From: Camelus ferus | Taxonomy: Eukaryota | NCBI RefSeq assembly: GCF_009834535.1 | Contig: NC_045705.1 | Location: forward strand, 56,110,001 to 56,174,000 | Length of the DNA stretch: 64,000 nucleotides | Direction of reading: 5' to 3' | In this document: one piece after another, positions 52,226 to 64,000 of the stretch | Numbering within the stretch: position 1 is the first letter of the stretch | Layout of the letters: every line of letters starts with the position of its first letter | Made by a program: the position numbers and the translations under genes | The notes under the pieces: model-generated | The model's database searches: none | What the model saw: the letters and a program-made list of their open reading frames with translations, nothing else | What the model was told of the DNA's origin: nothing

Positions 52226-53514
52226 GAAAAAGTTGGGGCTATATAGTTAGAGTCTATTTCATAAGTAGAATAAATGGATAAATAAGGATGAGTTTGGGGC
52301 CACAATAGGGTCCTAGAAAAGCCACAACATAACTGATTGTTTTCAAATTTCAAGTTCAGTGTGTGATGTTAATTAATACAAACTCCCTCTAAGAATTTAT
52401 GAAATCATATTTTCTATTGCAATAAAAGTAGGATTTTTTTCTAAAGCACATTCTACAAATATGAGTGTCATAGGATGGTCTAAGGAGCAGTCTGAAGCCA
52501 ATATAATTTTAAAGTTTAAAATAAATATTTGTAATTATAAGCTCTGAGGAGTCTTGCAATAGAAATACAGTTAAAAATGTAGCTTTAATGGCCAAGATTT
52601 ACAAACATACTTTACCTTGAATCCCTTCTACAAATAATGTCAATAATGTATATAGAAATAGAGAATAATTAGTGATATCACATGGAACTAGAGTTCCATC
52701 TTAAACACAAACATATGCACACACACATACATGGGGTGGGGGATAATGCTGGCCTTGTAACATCACTAAGACTTTCAACATTCCATTAGAGTGAAATTCT
52801 TCTGTGGTGTGGCAAAAAACACAGAGACAACTGTTTGAAAAAGAATTGTTTCTTTGAAAAGAGGTATCAGCAATCCAGGCTCTGCGAGAACTCATCCAGT
52901 AAATGAGAAACACAATTCAGCTTTAAAATTAAAAATAAACTACACACTGACAAAGATGGCCAAGTTTCTTCAGTTCTGTTCATGGAAAATTCCCACCTTC
53001 ACACGTGACATAGTCACAATGTCAGTTTCATATACTCCAGCATGAACATGGCAAAGCAAGAATAGCATACTTTTTGGCAGGGAGTCCAGGCATATGGGAA
53101 CTGCTCCAGCATCTACTATTTTGGGACCAGCACTAGTCAGCGTAACTCATTTATTTTTGTTTAAATCAGGATATGAATGGCTTTTTTGTTTGCTTGTGAT
53201 TTGGGGGGAGGAGATGCAGTTTAGTTTTAAACTGATGATGACTATGGAATGTGATTGACTCAGTCATAATGGAAGCAGAATAGAGTGTTGGTTTTCTTCT
53301 ACATGAGGAATCTAAATTATTTCCAAACAATGGAAAATTATAAAGCAGTTTTATTTATGCATTTGACATGTGCTTAACTTTCCATTGTGGATTTGAGAAG
53401 GAAGTTGACAGGCCTCCCTTAAGATGGGTCTGCATAACTTCCAAATGTCCCTTTTCCATTCTGAAAATAGAGAACTGGTGCCACTCCCTTCTTAAATTTG
53501 AGTATTTACAAGAG

Positions 53515-54456
53515 CTATGTTTTTTTCTTGGAAAATACTTTCAGCATTTTTTCTCTAATCTGTTTAGTTCTGACACCATAGATTACAGGGTTGAGAGCAG
53601 GTGGAATAACTACATAGAAATTGGCCAAAAGGATGTGGATGTAGCATGATATATTCTCGCCAGATCTGTGGGTCATGAATGAAAAAAGTTCAGGAGTGTA
53701 GAAAGCCAACATGACACACACATGAGAGCCACAGGTGCTGAGGGCTTTGAGCCGAGCATCATGGGAAGGGAGTCGAAAGACAGCACGAAGGATGTGGACG
53801 TAAGAGATGACAATGGCTATGATGTCAAACACTAGTATAGAGATGGCACATAAGCCATAGATGATGTTGACCTTGATGCTGGCACAAGACAGGCAGGCAA
53901 TGCCCATGTGCTCACAATAAGTGTGAGGGATAATTTGGTGTCCACAAAATGGTAACCGTATGATGAGTAGAACAAATGGTATGGCAAAAGACAAAGGTCT
54001 TAGGAGGATGACCAATGAAATGATGAATACCACCTTATTTGTCAGCACCAATGTGTAGCGAAGAGGGTTACAGATGGCCACATAGCAATCACAGGCCATG
54101 GCCACGAGCACAGCCAACTCCATGCCAGTGCATAGGTAGATGAAGAACATCTGGATGAGGCAGCCCTCAAAGGAGATTTCTCCCATCTTGAACCAGAAGA
54201 TGCCAAGCATCTTGGGGATGGTGGATGTGGACAGGCCCAGGTCAATAGATGACAGAATGGCCAGGAAGTAGAACATGGGCTGATAAAGGTGATTCTCAGT
54301 CTGAATCACAGAAAGGATGCTGATATTTCCAAGGACAGCTGTCAGGTACACAGCAAAGAAAGGAAAACCAATCCAGATATGCAGATGTTCCAGCCCAGGT
54401 ATCCCCAAAAGGAGGAAAGAGTAGGGATGAAATAGGGTGGCATTAAGTGAGGGCAT
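53515..54456 (-). CDS. Class I olfactory receptor, OR52E1-like; open 313-aa frame but MAYDRY is MACDCY (possibly non-functional)
   Basis: [21 protein letters not shown]...KALSTCGSH...[17 protein letters not shown]; canonical ATG at 54456, with the frame open upstream to an ATG at 54579. Substitutions at conserved sites: IH to IY, ES to EL, Y to C, R to C, PA to PE, RFG to RSG. Confidence 0.9.
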   Translation of the reverse strand: MPSLNATLFHPYSFLLLGIPGLEHLHIWIGFPFFAVYLTAVLGNISILSVIQTENHLYQPMFYFLAILSSIDLGLSTSTIPKMLGIFWFKMGEISFEGCLIQMFFIYLCTGMELAVLVAMACDCYVAICNPLRYTLVLTNKVVFIISLVILLRPLSFAIPFVLLIIRLPFCGHQIIPHTYCEHMGIACLSCASIKVNIIYGLCAISILVFDIIAIVISYVHILRAVFRLPSHDARLKALSTCGSHVCVMLAFYTPELFSFMTHRSGENISCYIHILLANFYVVIPPALNPVIYGVRTKQIREKMLKVFSKKKT

Positions 54457-54959
54457 CCTTCTGGGAGCTTTTCTATAGTGAAATGTATCATAGATCAAGA
54501 TCCTCTCATTCATAGAATAGTTTTCATCCTTGCTCAGTGCACTCAGAGAAAGTGAAGAAATCAGTGAAACTCCTTCCATATCTACTGCATTGTTGCATCA
54601 CAGAGGCTGGAAAGTTTATAAAAATTAATAGTAAAATGTAATGACAAGATTTCAATATACTTCATCAAATCCACTCAATGGCATTTAATATTTTACTTCA
54701 ACAAACATTGACTAGGTATCTACCATATATGCACCAAGTTTTATGCTAAGACTGATGCGAAAGATAAGTTAAAGAAGGTTCTTTTCCTTACAGAATTTAA
54801 ATTTTTAATGATTAGAACAGTCATACAAATCAGCCATTCAAATTAATAAAATAGTTATCAGGAAAAAGTTTTTCCCTTGTTACTTGGGTACACAAAATTT
54901 TTTTCTAGTTATCTTTTATTATTATTTCATAGAAAAATTGGTTGATTCATGACTGTATA

Positions 54960-55050
54960 CTTTAGGTACAAAGTGAGACTACATCTTAAACATGATGACA
55001 AATTTATGGTATGTGAATTATATCTCAATAAAGCTGTTTTTCAAAAACTT
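54960..55050 (+). mobile_element. Old L1 extreme 3' end
   Basis: aatttatggtatgtgaattatatctcaataaagctgttttt. Confidence 0.7.
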
Positions 55051-55768
55051 AAAAAGAAAACACCATGATGACAGCCATTATTATTCTGAATGTACCACAT
55101 TTCTGAGTGGAACATATGTAATACATTCTTAAAAGGAACCATAAATGTAACAAACAAGAGCTTTCTAAGACAACTTTTGATCTGTGCAGGCCTCTCTCTG
55201 TTTAAGCTACCCAAAACCATTTCTCATGTCATAGTTATCTTCTGACTTCTCCTTTCTTGTTGGTACCAATATCAAAAAATAACCTGGCATTGGAGTTTTA
55301 TTAACGAGGCCACAGAGGACTTCATCTCAGGATAATCTTCTTAATCTGGTCTGCTTAGTATGGACGGTACATATCCCTCTTCATTTCTGTTCTGATGGTA
55401 GGCATATGGGGCCTTGCCGTTTAAGTGTCTTCCTGTCAAGAAAAAAACACAGATTCACACACACACAGATTAATGTTCAGGTTTATAAAATACCACAAAA
55501 TTGTCAGGTAAAATGAGTTAATTTATACCTGTCACTCCTAGAAACCAAATCCACTATTTTTTTAACTATACTAAGTTGTCACCGTTATGTATCACCTTCG
55601 TAAGTTGAAGTGCACTGTCATCAAGAGTGCTATCTTTCTCATGCTATATTCTGTCTCTCTATCAATAGACTATAGAGAGATATAGATAAATAGGTTTACA
55701 TATGCAAAACAAGTTCAAGCTGCATTAGACAGATAAACCATAATAGAACAGTATTTCTGGGCATGAAA

Positions 55769-55788
55769 GAGTGTGTGTGTGTGTGTGC
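55769..55788. repeat. (GT)n microsatellite
   Basis: gagtgtgtgtgtgtgtgtgc. Confidence 0.9.
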
Positions 55789-56099
55789 TGAAAGGGTATA
55801 TTGCTGCTTGAGTCTTGGACACATTGCTTCAGAAATTATAGAAAGGAGAATATGATCCCAGATACAGGAAGGAGATAACAAATGTGAGTTAAGATGATTA
55901 GTCAAAGGCAAATAAATTACTAGATGAAGAGGGATATCAAGAAAAAAAATAAGAACTATGTAGAAAACATCCCTAATTTGAAAGAGGATGGCCATATGCA
56001 AGGAGTGGTGTTTAAATTCAGGGAATTTCAGAAGGAGATGAAGTTGAATCCTATAATCAGATTTCCTTTCTGTGACTTGGGTTCAGCTAACTTAGAACT

Positions 56100-56310
56100 T
56101 AATGTTTGGAAAATGGCCTAATATTTAGACATAGACATAGGAATTGAAGCCAAGTTCTATTGCTCATTGTCATGTGAATTTGGTGAAAACATATCCCTTC
56201 TCTGAGTCTGAGATTCCTCACCTGTGAAATGAGGCTAACAATGCCTATGTTGCCGGTTGTTGCAAGGTTCTCATGGCCCAAGATGGTTCATAAAAATAGC
56301 ATAGTTACAG
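56100..56310 (+). mobile_element. MIR
   Basis: cccttctctgagtctgagattcctcacctgtgaaatgaggctaacaatgcct...ggttgttgcaagg. Confidence 0.7.
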
Positions 56311-57757
56311 TTACTGGTTTACCTGTTGATATGAACATCGTGAACTTGGTTCTGACATATCTCAGCTTGTCAGGTAATTCTTACAGCTGACTTTAAGTCC
56401 TGATCCTCACTTCATCTGCATATTAATTTTATGATAGAGTGTGTATATTTATAATGAAGTAAATCTGATTACCTTTATCCCTAGACATTTTCACAGATAT
56501 TTTCATTACATACTTGATGATTCCACCATTACAAAATGATTAGGACTACCTTCTGGTTGGAGTAAAACAGCAAGTTGTTTGGTTGTGTTTTACTACATTG
56601 TAACTGGTGAGGGATAATTTCTAAATAATTTAAAGTAAGTTCAACTGAATATAGGCTCAGGACTAGGGCAGGCACCCATACTTTAAATTAGATTAGAGGG
56701 GACTGAAGGAGCCATAGCAGTGAGAAAGAGAAAGAAAACATGAAGAGAAAGAACTTTGATAGATCTATAAATAGGATTCAGATCAGCAGGAAGTGACACA
56801 GAAACAAATGACAAAGATGTTAAAAGATATATGAGCCTCATACGGAGATTAGAAAAAATGAAGGCAGTGGTTGCTCAAGTGTATATAAGAGATTATGCCA
56901 ACACATTCTTACAGATTGTTCCATAATCCCTTCCCCTCAACCAGAAGGTTTTCCTTTCACCTACCACTTTTTACCTTGTGCTCAGTTGGCCACAAATAAA
57001 GATCCACGCTTCTAAAACCTTACATAGCAGCAGAGACTCCTGGAGATGTTAGCAAAACTCCCCTAGCATCCTTCTGAACTCCATTTGCTTAGGAGGGGGG
57101 TTCTTTAGTGCTGTGGCTATAGCCTCCAGAGTGAGAACTTTGTATTGGAACACCTTAGGGATAGGGGTAGCGACAAAGCTCTGAGGTCTGAATTAGCTCT
57201 TTTTCCAGTGAAATAGAGTGCCACCAGACATAGATAGCCCATGTCTTTATTTCAAGACCCAGAATTTCAAATTTAGGATTAGTTTATTTCTAAGGGAAAA
57301 TTATTATTATTATTTTTTAATCTTGTAAAATACTTAAATACTTTTTACAACAAGGTTCTTAGGATTGGTTCTAAGCTTATAATACTGAATGCTTTGAGAT
57401 GGGTAGGACCAATCTAGATCTCATGATAGATAGTAATGGCTGTATTAAATCTGTGTATATCTTCTTAGTATTGCACAACTACCGTATTGACTCAATATTT
57501 AGTATAATTGAAGAGCTAAAAAATGAAGAAATACATAATCATTGCATCACAGTGACTCCATATTTAGCATTATCACACAATGCTAAAGGGAAGAAATGCA
57601 ATACAGTTTTACATCATACTGAAATCTATCATATCACTCTGGAAGAAGCTTCCTGTCAGTAATGAAAAGAAGAGGTGAAAATCTAGAGGAGAGAAACTAG
57701 TCATTTTGCATTTTGTGATCATTCTCCCACTGACTACTTATATAAAACCATTAAATA

Positions 57758-58664
57758 TGTTTCTGTACCCAGTTCCACCATGAAGGAGAAGGTGTTCCCC
57801 CCTGCCCCAACACCACCAAGCAATGCTCCAGACATCAACTGGGTATCCTATAGTTTAACTTAATTTTGACACTATCTATCTGGAGATAGTGTCAGATCAC
57901 ACAGGTCAAGGGTTTAGTCTCACAAGACTGCCCCCAACCCACTTCAGAAACCAGTCACAAACCCAATTATCATCTGTGCCTCTGACCACCTTATAAACCA
58001 GACTAGGTTGATTATAGTCTCTAAACTCAGTCCTTGAACTTTTGTGGTCAGTCACAAGTCCAGGTTGTTACAGGACTGGCTGACTGGTTTTAAATCAGAG
58101 GTTGCCATGATCCCTTCCTTGAGTTCAATTAATTTGCAGAGCAGCTCACAGAATTCAGAGAAACATTTTACTTACTAGATTACTGCTTTAGTATAAATGG
58201 ATATGACTCAGGAACAGCCAGGTGAAATAGATGTGCAAGGCAAGGTACAGGGAAAGGACATGGAACTTTAATGCCATCTTTAGGCATGCCACTCTCCCCA
58301 GGTTTCCATATCTTCACCAACCCAGAAACCCCCCCAAGTTCCATTCTTTTGAATTTTTATGGAGGCTTCATTACACAGGCATGATTAGGTCATTGGTCAC
58401 TGGGGATTGAACTCGATCTCTAGACTGTCTCCCTTCCCAGGAGGTTAAGGGGTTGAGACTGAAAGTTACAACCCTCTATTTACATTATGGCTCCACTAGC
58501 AACCAGACTTCATCTTAGGTGGTGCCCAAAAGTTACCTCATTAACATAACAAAAGACACATTCATGACTCTCATCGGCTAGGAAATTCCAAGTGTTTTAG
58601 GAGCTCTGTGCCAGAAGCAGGGACTAAACTCAAATAATTATTTATTATAAATCTTAATATTGCA
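57758..58664 (-). mobile_element. MER21-family LTR, about 900 bp
   Basis: TG...CA termini; gacactatctatctggagatagtgtcagatc, ggaaattccaagtgttttaggagctctgtgccagaa and tttttatggaggcttcattacacaggcatgatt match the recalled MER21 consensus in antisense. Confidence 0.82.
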
Positions 58665-58699
58665 ACTTATGTACAAATTCCTTTATCATCTCAATCTCA

Positions 58700-59357
58700 G
58701 TTGGTTTTATTTAGATATAATTGACCTATAACATTGTGTTAGTTAGAACCTGTTGATTCAATACACTTGAATATTGTAATATGATTACCTTAGTGTTAGT
58801 AACACCTCCATCAAATCACATAATTATCACTTTTTTTGTGGTAAGAATATTTAAGAACTAATCTCTTTGCAATTTTAAAGTATATAATTGAGTATTGTTG
58901 ACCATACTCACCATGCTGTGCATTAGATCCCCAGGACTTATTCATNNNNNNNNNNNNNNNNNNNNNNNNNNNNNNNNNNNNNNNNNNNNNNNNNNNNNNN
59001 NNNNNNNNNNNNNNNNNNNNNNNNNNNNNNNNNNNNNNNNNNNNNNNNNNNNNNNNNNNNNNNNNNNNNNNNNNNNNNNNNNNNNNNNNNTTTTTCTGTC
59101 TGATTTATCCCTTAACTTAATGCTCTTAAGGTCTATCCATGTTGTCACAAATGGCAGGATTTCCTTCTTTCTTACAACTGAATAATATTCCATTCTGTAT
59201 ATATACTACATTTTCTTCATACATTCATCAGTTGTCAGATACTTAGGTTTTTTGTTTTTTCCATATCTCGGTTATTGTGAATATCACTGCAATAAACATG
59301 AGAATGCAGATATCTTTTTAATGTCTTGTTTCAATTTCCTTTGGATATATACCCACA
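58700..59357 (-). mobile_element. L1MA-type 3' end, antisense; contains an N gap
   Basis: gatataattgacctataacattgtg...catgctgtgcattagatccccaggacttattcat; catccatgttgtcacaaatggcaggatttccttc-like segment at 59138-59170. Confidence 0.88.
58946..59090. other. Assembly gap (145 N)
   Basis: Run of N inside an L1. Confidence 0.99.
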
Positions 59358-59369
59358 TAAGGGTGTTCA

Positions 59370-59560
59370 AATGAAGAGAACGGTCGACAGTTTCACAGGC
59401 TGTAGAGAGTTGCAACAAGGACAGCAGCATTTGTCTGGGCCTGGTGACTGGAGGCCACTGATCAACTTAAGGTGTTGGGTAGGATGCCAGATTAAAGAGA
59501 GGTGGGATGAGATGAGGAAAAACAGATTATACATTTCATTGTGCTTGTATAGTCCTTCTC
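59370..59560 (-). mobile_element. L2 fragment
   Basis: gactggaggccactgatcaacttaagg...gggatgagatgaggaaa. Confidence 0.45.
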
Positions 59561-60337
59561 ACATATTTTTGGACAACTCCAGTTGATCCATGATCCTCAA
59601 AGAGTGATGTTGTTCATTCACTTTTTTTCAGATCTTGTAACCAGACATTTGTACACATTTCTATTTCTAAGTTCTAGGCCTCAACCCTCACCCAGGAATT
59701 CCCACTTGTTTCATGGTGTTATAAGGTCCTGAGCTAAGTATCTAGTATGGAAACTTTCTGCTCTCACTTCTGCTTCACTGGGGGTTCAAGTCTTGGCAGG
59801 AATCTTTCAATCTTCCAGTGCAATTGGATAGCTGTCATAAAGTTAGCGTTCTGTCCCTCTCAGTTAAAGTATCAAAATGCAGCTGAATCTCTGATCGTCT
59901 TCCTTCTCTTTTGTAGTACTTTCTGGGTTCCAACAACCAGCTGAGGTAACGCTCCGGCTGCAGAGACTCTCACAGCTCTCCCTGTCACTGCCCTTTGTGC
60001 TCAGCAAAAGCTTTTCCTTCCAAGACCTGTGTGTATCCCTCTGTTTCTTTCTTTTTTTTTTTTTTTTTTTTGAAACACAAAAGTGAGAAGATAGCGTGTG
60101 TTCAGATAAAACTTGGAGGAATATGCAGGACAAAACAAGTATATGCCTCAGAGAAATCTGGAAAAATTGTTCAGAAAAAATAGTCTGAGAGGAAGGGGGC
60201 CATTTATGAATTATATCCATCACTCTAATTCCTAGTGTGTGATGGACAGTCATTACCTCAGAGAGTCGAGGCCAGTTTCTGGACATAGAGTTAAAATGTT
60301 TCTGTGGAAAGTGCAGAAGCTGTAGAAGTGGGGGGCT

Positions 60338-60667
60338 TGTATTCTAATCATAACTGTTCTTTAGTTTGCTCAGTGGCATTTCTAAACCTGGAACTGCAAG
60401 ATCAAGGTGCTAGCTGATTCAGTTCCTGGTAAAGAGGTCTCTTCCTGGCTTGCAAATTTCTGCCTTCTCACTATGTCTTCACATGGCCTCTCCTTTTCTT
60501 TTAAGGCCACTTATCCTATCAGGAGGGCCCCACCCTCATGACCTCCTCTAACTCTAATTACCCTCCAAAGACCTCATCTCCAAATATTATCACTTTGGCA
60601 GCTAGAGTTTCAGCATATGAATTTGGTGGGGTCAGGGGTGGGGGGCACAAACATTCAGTCCATAACA
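60338..60667 (-). mobile_element. MLT1 (MaLR) solo LTR, MLT1A/B-like, about 330 bp
   Basis: The minus strand starts tgttatggactgaatgtttgtg and continues gaggtcatgagggtggggccctc; 5-bp TSD GGGCT/GGGCC at 60333-60337 and 60668-60672. Confidence 0.9.
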
Positions 60668-60711
60668 GGGCCCTGAACTTGCAGGGTATAATGTCTGAAC
60701 CAGTGTCTTAA

Positions 60712-61285
60712 CTACTGTTGGCTACAGAATTTGAGAAGCCCAGTGCAAAGGGAAGTTGCTGGGGTCCTTTCTGGAAATGCAGAGAAATAAAGAGCTTTTA
60801 TTTTTTGTTGATGGTCTCTCTCTTTTGAGTAATTATGGTATCTTTTGTATTCTTTTTTATCGTGCTCTCTTCTGGGCATGGGAATTCCTGTGGGGTAGGG
60901 GCAAACATGCACAGGAGCACAAGATCCCTGTCCCGTGAACCAGACACTGGTTACCAATGTGGGTAGGTTCAGAATTTGGAGCATGCCAAGGGCAAAGGAC
61001 AGCAGCAGCCATCTCTGGGCAAGGCTAGAGTAACAAGAGGCCAAGAAATCACTCTGGGAAGATGTGGCAGGTACAGCACACGTTCACTTCTGGTCCCAAA
61101 TCCCAGGACCTGCCCCATCTTTATATAAGATTTCAATTACAGAACATAAATTCAAAGATAAAGTTATTTAAAGAACTCAAGACAACATTAAACCCAAGCA
61201 CCACAGAGCATTAAACCCAAGCATTGGACCCCCTTTTGAAAACAGGGTCTTGAGTACTGTATTGATCAAACACCTACTGTCATTA
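60712..61285 (-). mobile_element. MER45-family hAT-Tip100 DNA transposon remnant
   Basis: ggctacagaatttgagaagcccagtgcaaa at the left and cagagcattaaacccaagcattggacccccttttgaaaacagggtc at the right match the two recalled MER45 ends; internal 15-bp direct repeat at 61186 and 61209. Confidence 0.65.
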
Positions 61286-61874
61286 ACTAAGCCTCGACAA
61301 GTCCAACTTTTGAGATACATTGGTTACTATTTCTGGGGGGGAAAAAGGCAAAAGGACAGTGTAGGACCATAAATGCACTAACAAAGTTTTTATTTTTTAT
61401 ATAATAAGTAGATTTATTTAAAACATTTAAGGTACAATATGAGCATCTGCTTAAAATTATTGGTAAATTTACAGGATTCCATTATAAAATTTTATGTTAA
61501 TTTTGCTAAATGGATATAAATCAAAATTTAATCACAATGCTAGAGTCCAATAAAAGGAATTGAAAGAATAATTGATTACATTTTATATTAACTATGAATG
61601 AGAAATGAGTTGGTGGAGTAAAACAGAAGGAACAACTGGAAAAAAAAAAAAGAGGAAAACAAAATTAAAGGTTACATAATCTGTCCGATGTCACTTTTGT
61701 TACTAAACTTAGAACAGAAGTGCTTTGACTTTGGAGCCCTTGTTCTTGAACAGAAAATTGTACTGTCTCCCTAAATGATGATCTGGGATGGTGAGAGAAT
61801 GAACTCCATCAATCATTGTGTGCTGTAGCATGGAGCAAATTAACGAAAGGTTAATGGAGACTCACAAGTAATGA

Positions 61875-62430
61875 AGAAACCTCACTTTTTTTATTATCTT
61901 CATTTCCTTAGAAATCATGGCTTTCTATTCATGACTCAGGGCCAGATTAGAAACTAGAATCCTCAGAGACCTCATGCCCTTTACAAAACTGGCTCTGGGG
62001 GATTTTATCTTGAAAGCTCCACCCAGGCAAAGAGCAGTTCCCTCATAAAGACAGAGAAGACTGAGACAAAACAGACAGAATTCCATCCTGGTGCTCAGTC
62101 TGGTGAGTCTTCCCTGTCTCCCAGCTCACAGTGCATCCATAGGACTCAGTGATGGACAAAGGGGAAGAAGAGGAATGCAAGAGAAAGAAAAGTGACATCG
62201 GATAAGTTTCGGGGAAAGAAGACTGACTAATGGTGCAGCTTAGGGAAAGAATAGCATCATATTTAGGGAGGATCATATAATTCTAGTAAAAGCATTTAGA
62301 TTTCAGCCTGAATCCATTCAATGTGCATTTCAGAAAGATTTTTCTGCCTGATATCTAAAAAATGATGGATGTCCTAGTATCTTTGGAAAATGCTTCAAAG
62401 TGTTTTATAAGAATTATCTATTCTAAAATC
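61875..62430 (+). promoter_or_regulatory. Putative OR promoter and non-coding exon 1 (module copy B) for a gene beyond the window
   Basis: Inverted paralogue of 40940-41525; CCCTCATAAAGACAGAG at 62040-62056; donor CTG|GTGAGT at 62102/62103. Confidence 0.65.
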
Positions 62431-62439
62431 AAGGGTTTA

Positions 62440-62535
62440 ATTTTAAGGGTTTATTTACACTTATCATTTCTATTTTCTACATGAAGAAACTGAAGTACAG
62501 AGATGTCAAAGTTCTTGTGCAAGCTCACACAGCCA
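62440..62535 (-). mobile_element. MIR fragment (counterpart of 40785-40925)
   Basis: ctattttctacatgaagaaactgaagtacagagatgtcaaagttcttgtgcaagctcacacagcc. Confidence 0.7.
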
Positions 62536-62604
62536 CTTTATGCAATAGACTGTGATGCGGGAGATACAAAAACAAATGATATATATTCTATCTACCATTA
62601 AGGA

Positions 62605-63110
62605 ATTCATATTTTGTAAATATTTTATTGAATTTTCACAGCCATAAACAAAGTGCACATGATAAGAGTGTGGCTCAATTAATTTTCTACAAACTGATTA
62701 TACCTGTGTAACCAGTATATAAATGAATAAACAGACGTTATCAGCATCCTGAAAGTCCCACCCATACTGACTGCCAGTACTCCAAAAAGTCACAACTATC
62801 CTGACTTCTTAGACTATAGATTAGATTTTACTAATTTTAACTTTTATTTAAATGGTCGGTTTCTTTCTCTCATCATTATTTTGTAATATACTTCCATTTT
62901 ATGGCGTGCAGTTGTAGACTGTTCATATGTTTGGTCTTTTACTATATACTATATTTAAGAATACAGAAGAAAAAGGCATCGAGTCTTTATGAGGTCATTT
63001 ACCAGCGCCCCAAGTATATATCTGAATTATGTCTTGAAGGATGCTGTTTATAAAATTTGCTTGATGGAACTTTCCATTATTGTTTACATGCTTTTATCCA
63101 TTTTCAGTTT
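62605..63110 (-). mobile_element. Old L1ME/L1MD-type 3' end
   Basis: acaaagtgcacatgataagagtgtggctcaattaattttctacaaactg...gtcacaactatcctgacttct. Confidence 0.7.
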
Positions 63111-64000
63111 GGACATAACACTGTTATTTTTACCAATTCAAATACAAGAAAGTCAGGGAGAAAATATCAGGGTGTTCCTATGGTAAGATCAAATGGATAG
63201 ACTAACTCTGGGCAGGAGTGAAATTTCAAGATGTTAAACACAAGATTGTAGGTATCATTGATTTGAAAGATAAGAACCAACATTGCTAACAACCCTTCTG
63301 TAACATATCCATCTCACTGTAACTTTGCCTCATCTAAACTTTTGTAATTCCTGAAGACCTTGTCAACAGATATAAGACTACCCTTTGTACCCCTTTTCAC
63401 CTTCATTTATCTATAGAGGTTATATGTTGCCCTTAGGGTTTTACACAATTTAATCAGCAAAGAAAAACTACTTAATGTCCTCCCTCAGGAGCATAAAGAT
63501 TTATATAGCTGAGAAATCAGATCTTGTGCCTTTTTCCACATTCCCAGTTTCCACTCTGATGTTTTGTGTACTTTGTCTATATTTGTCTCCCACTTGGTTT
63601 ATTCATAAAACTTCCTGGCTACTTACCTGATATTTACCCTCTGCATGATCATAGGCTATAACTGTATGACCAGCAAGACATAGTTTTCACTTATTTTATT
63701 TGCAATCGAAGAATATAATACCATTCCTTCCCTCTCCGAAAAGCCAGAGGAGCAGCTTATTTTTACCCTTTAGCAATCAAATCTATAACTAGTACGTAAA
63801 CTTCCGCTGAGAAATTGTTGCATATGTGTATACTGGAAAAAGGAAAACTTTGTTGATTTTAAGATGATTTCCACCCATGGGATTTACAGAAAATCTTGCC
63901 TCCATGAGTAAATTCTACGTTCCATCCTTCTGTTATCCATTGCCATACCTTTTGAAAATATTCATGATTCCGTTGTGACATCACCTTATGAAAGTAGACT

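Noticed and set aside
58895-59193. ORFs running through N gaps (also 19243-19551)
   Set aside because: Artefacts of unknown bases inside L1 copies; the flanks continue as L1 on both sides.

Overview
Mammalian genomic DNA (AT-rich, CpG-poor, repeat-dense), most likely from a camelid. This rests on a tRNA-derived SINE at 8317-8436 and young L1 3' tails, which I recognise from memory as camelid-type. The window is part of the class I olfactory receptor cluster (OR52 family) and holds six single-exon OR coding regions. Four are OR52E-like (8870-9810, 17408-18346, 37492-38427, 53515-54456), one is OR52J-like (28999-29934) and one is OR52S-like (48293-49235, the only + strand locus). Only the OR52E2-like gene at 37492-38427 is both full length and canonical. 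Three loci are broken by frameshift or nonsense changes, and two have open frames but lack the TM3 DRY arginine. The rest is L1, L2, MIR, LTR and hAT-type repeats plus two N gaps. I found no prokaryotic-type system, CRISPR array, RNA gene or convincing new protein-coding gene. The most interesting signals are: (1) a ~250-bp gene-conversion-like tract shared by two OR52E paralogues 36 kb apart; (2) an inverted paralogous promoter/first-exon module (about 40.8-41.5 kb and 61.9-62.5 kb) that predicts another OR just right of the window; (3) an ERV LTR with an unusual PBS-like and duplicated terminus. Repeat family names and OR subfamily names are from recall of consensus sequences, not database searches. 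Boundaries of old repeats are approximate.
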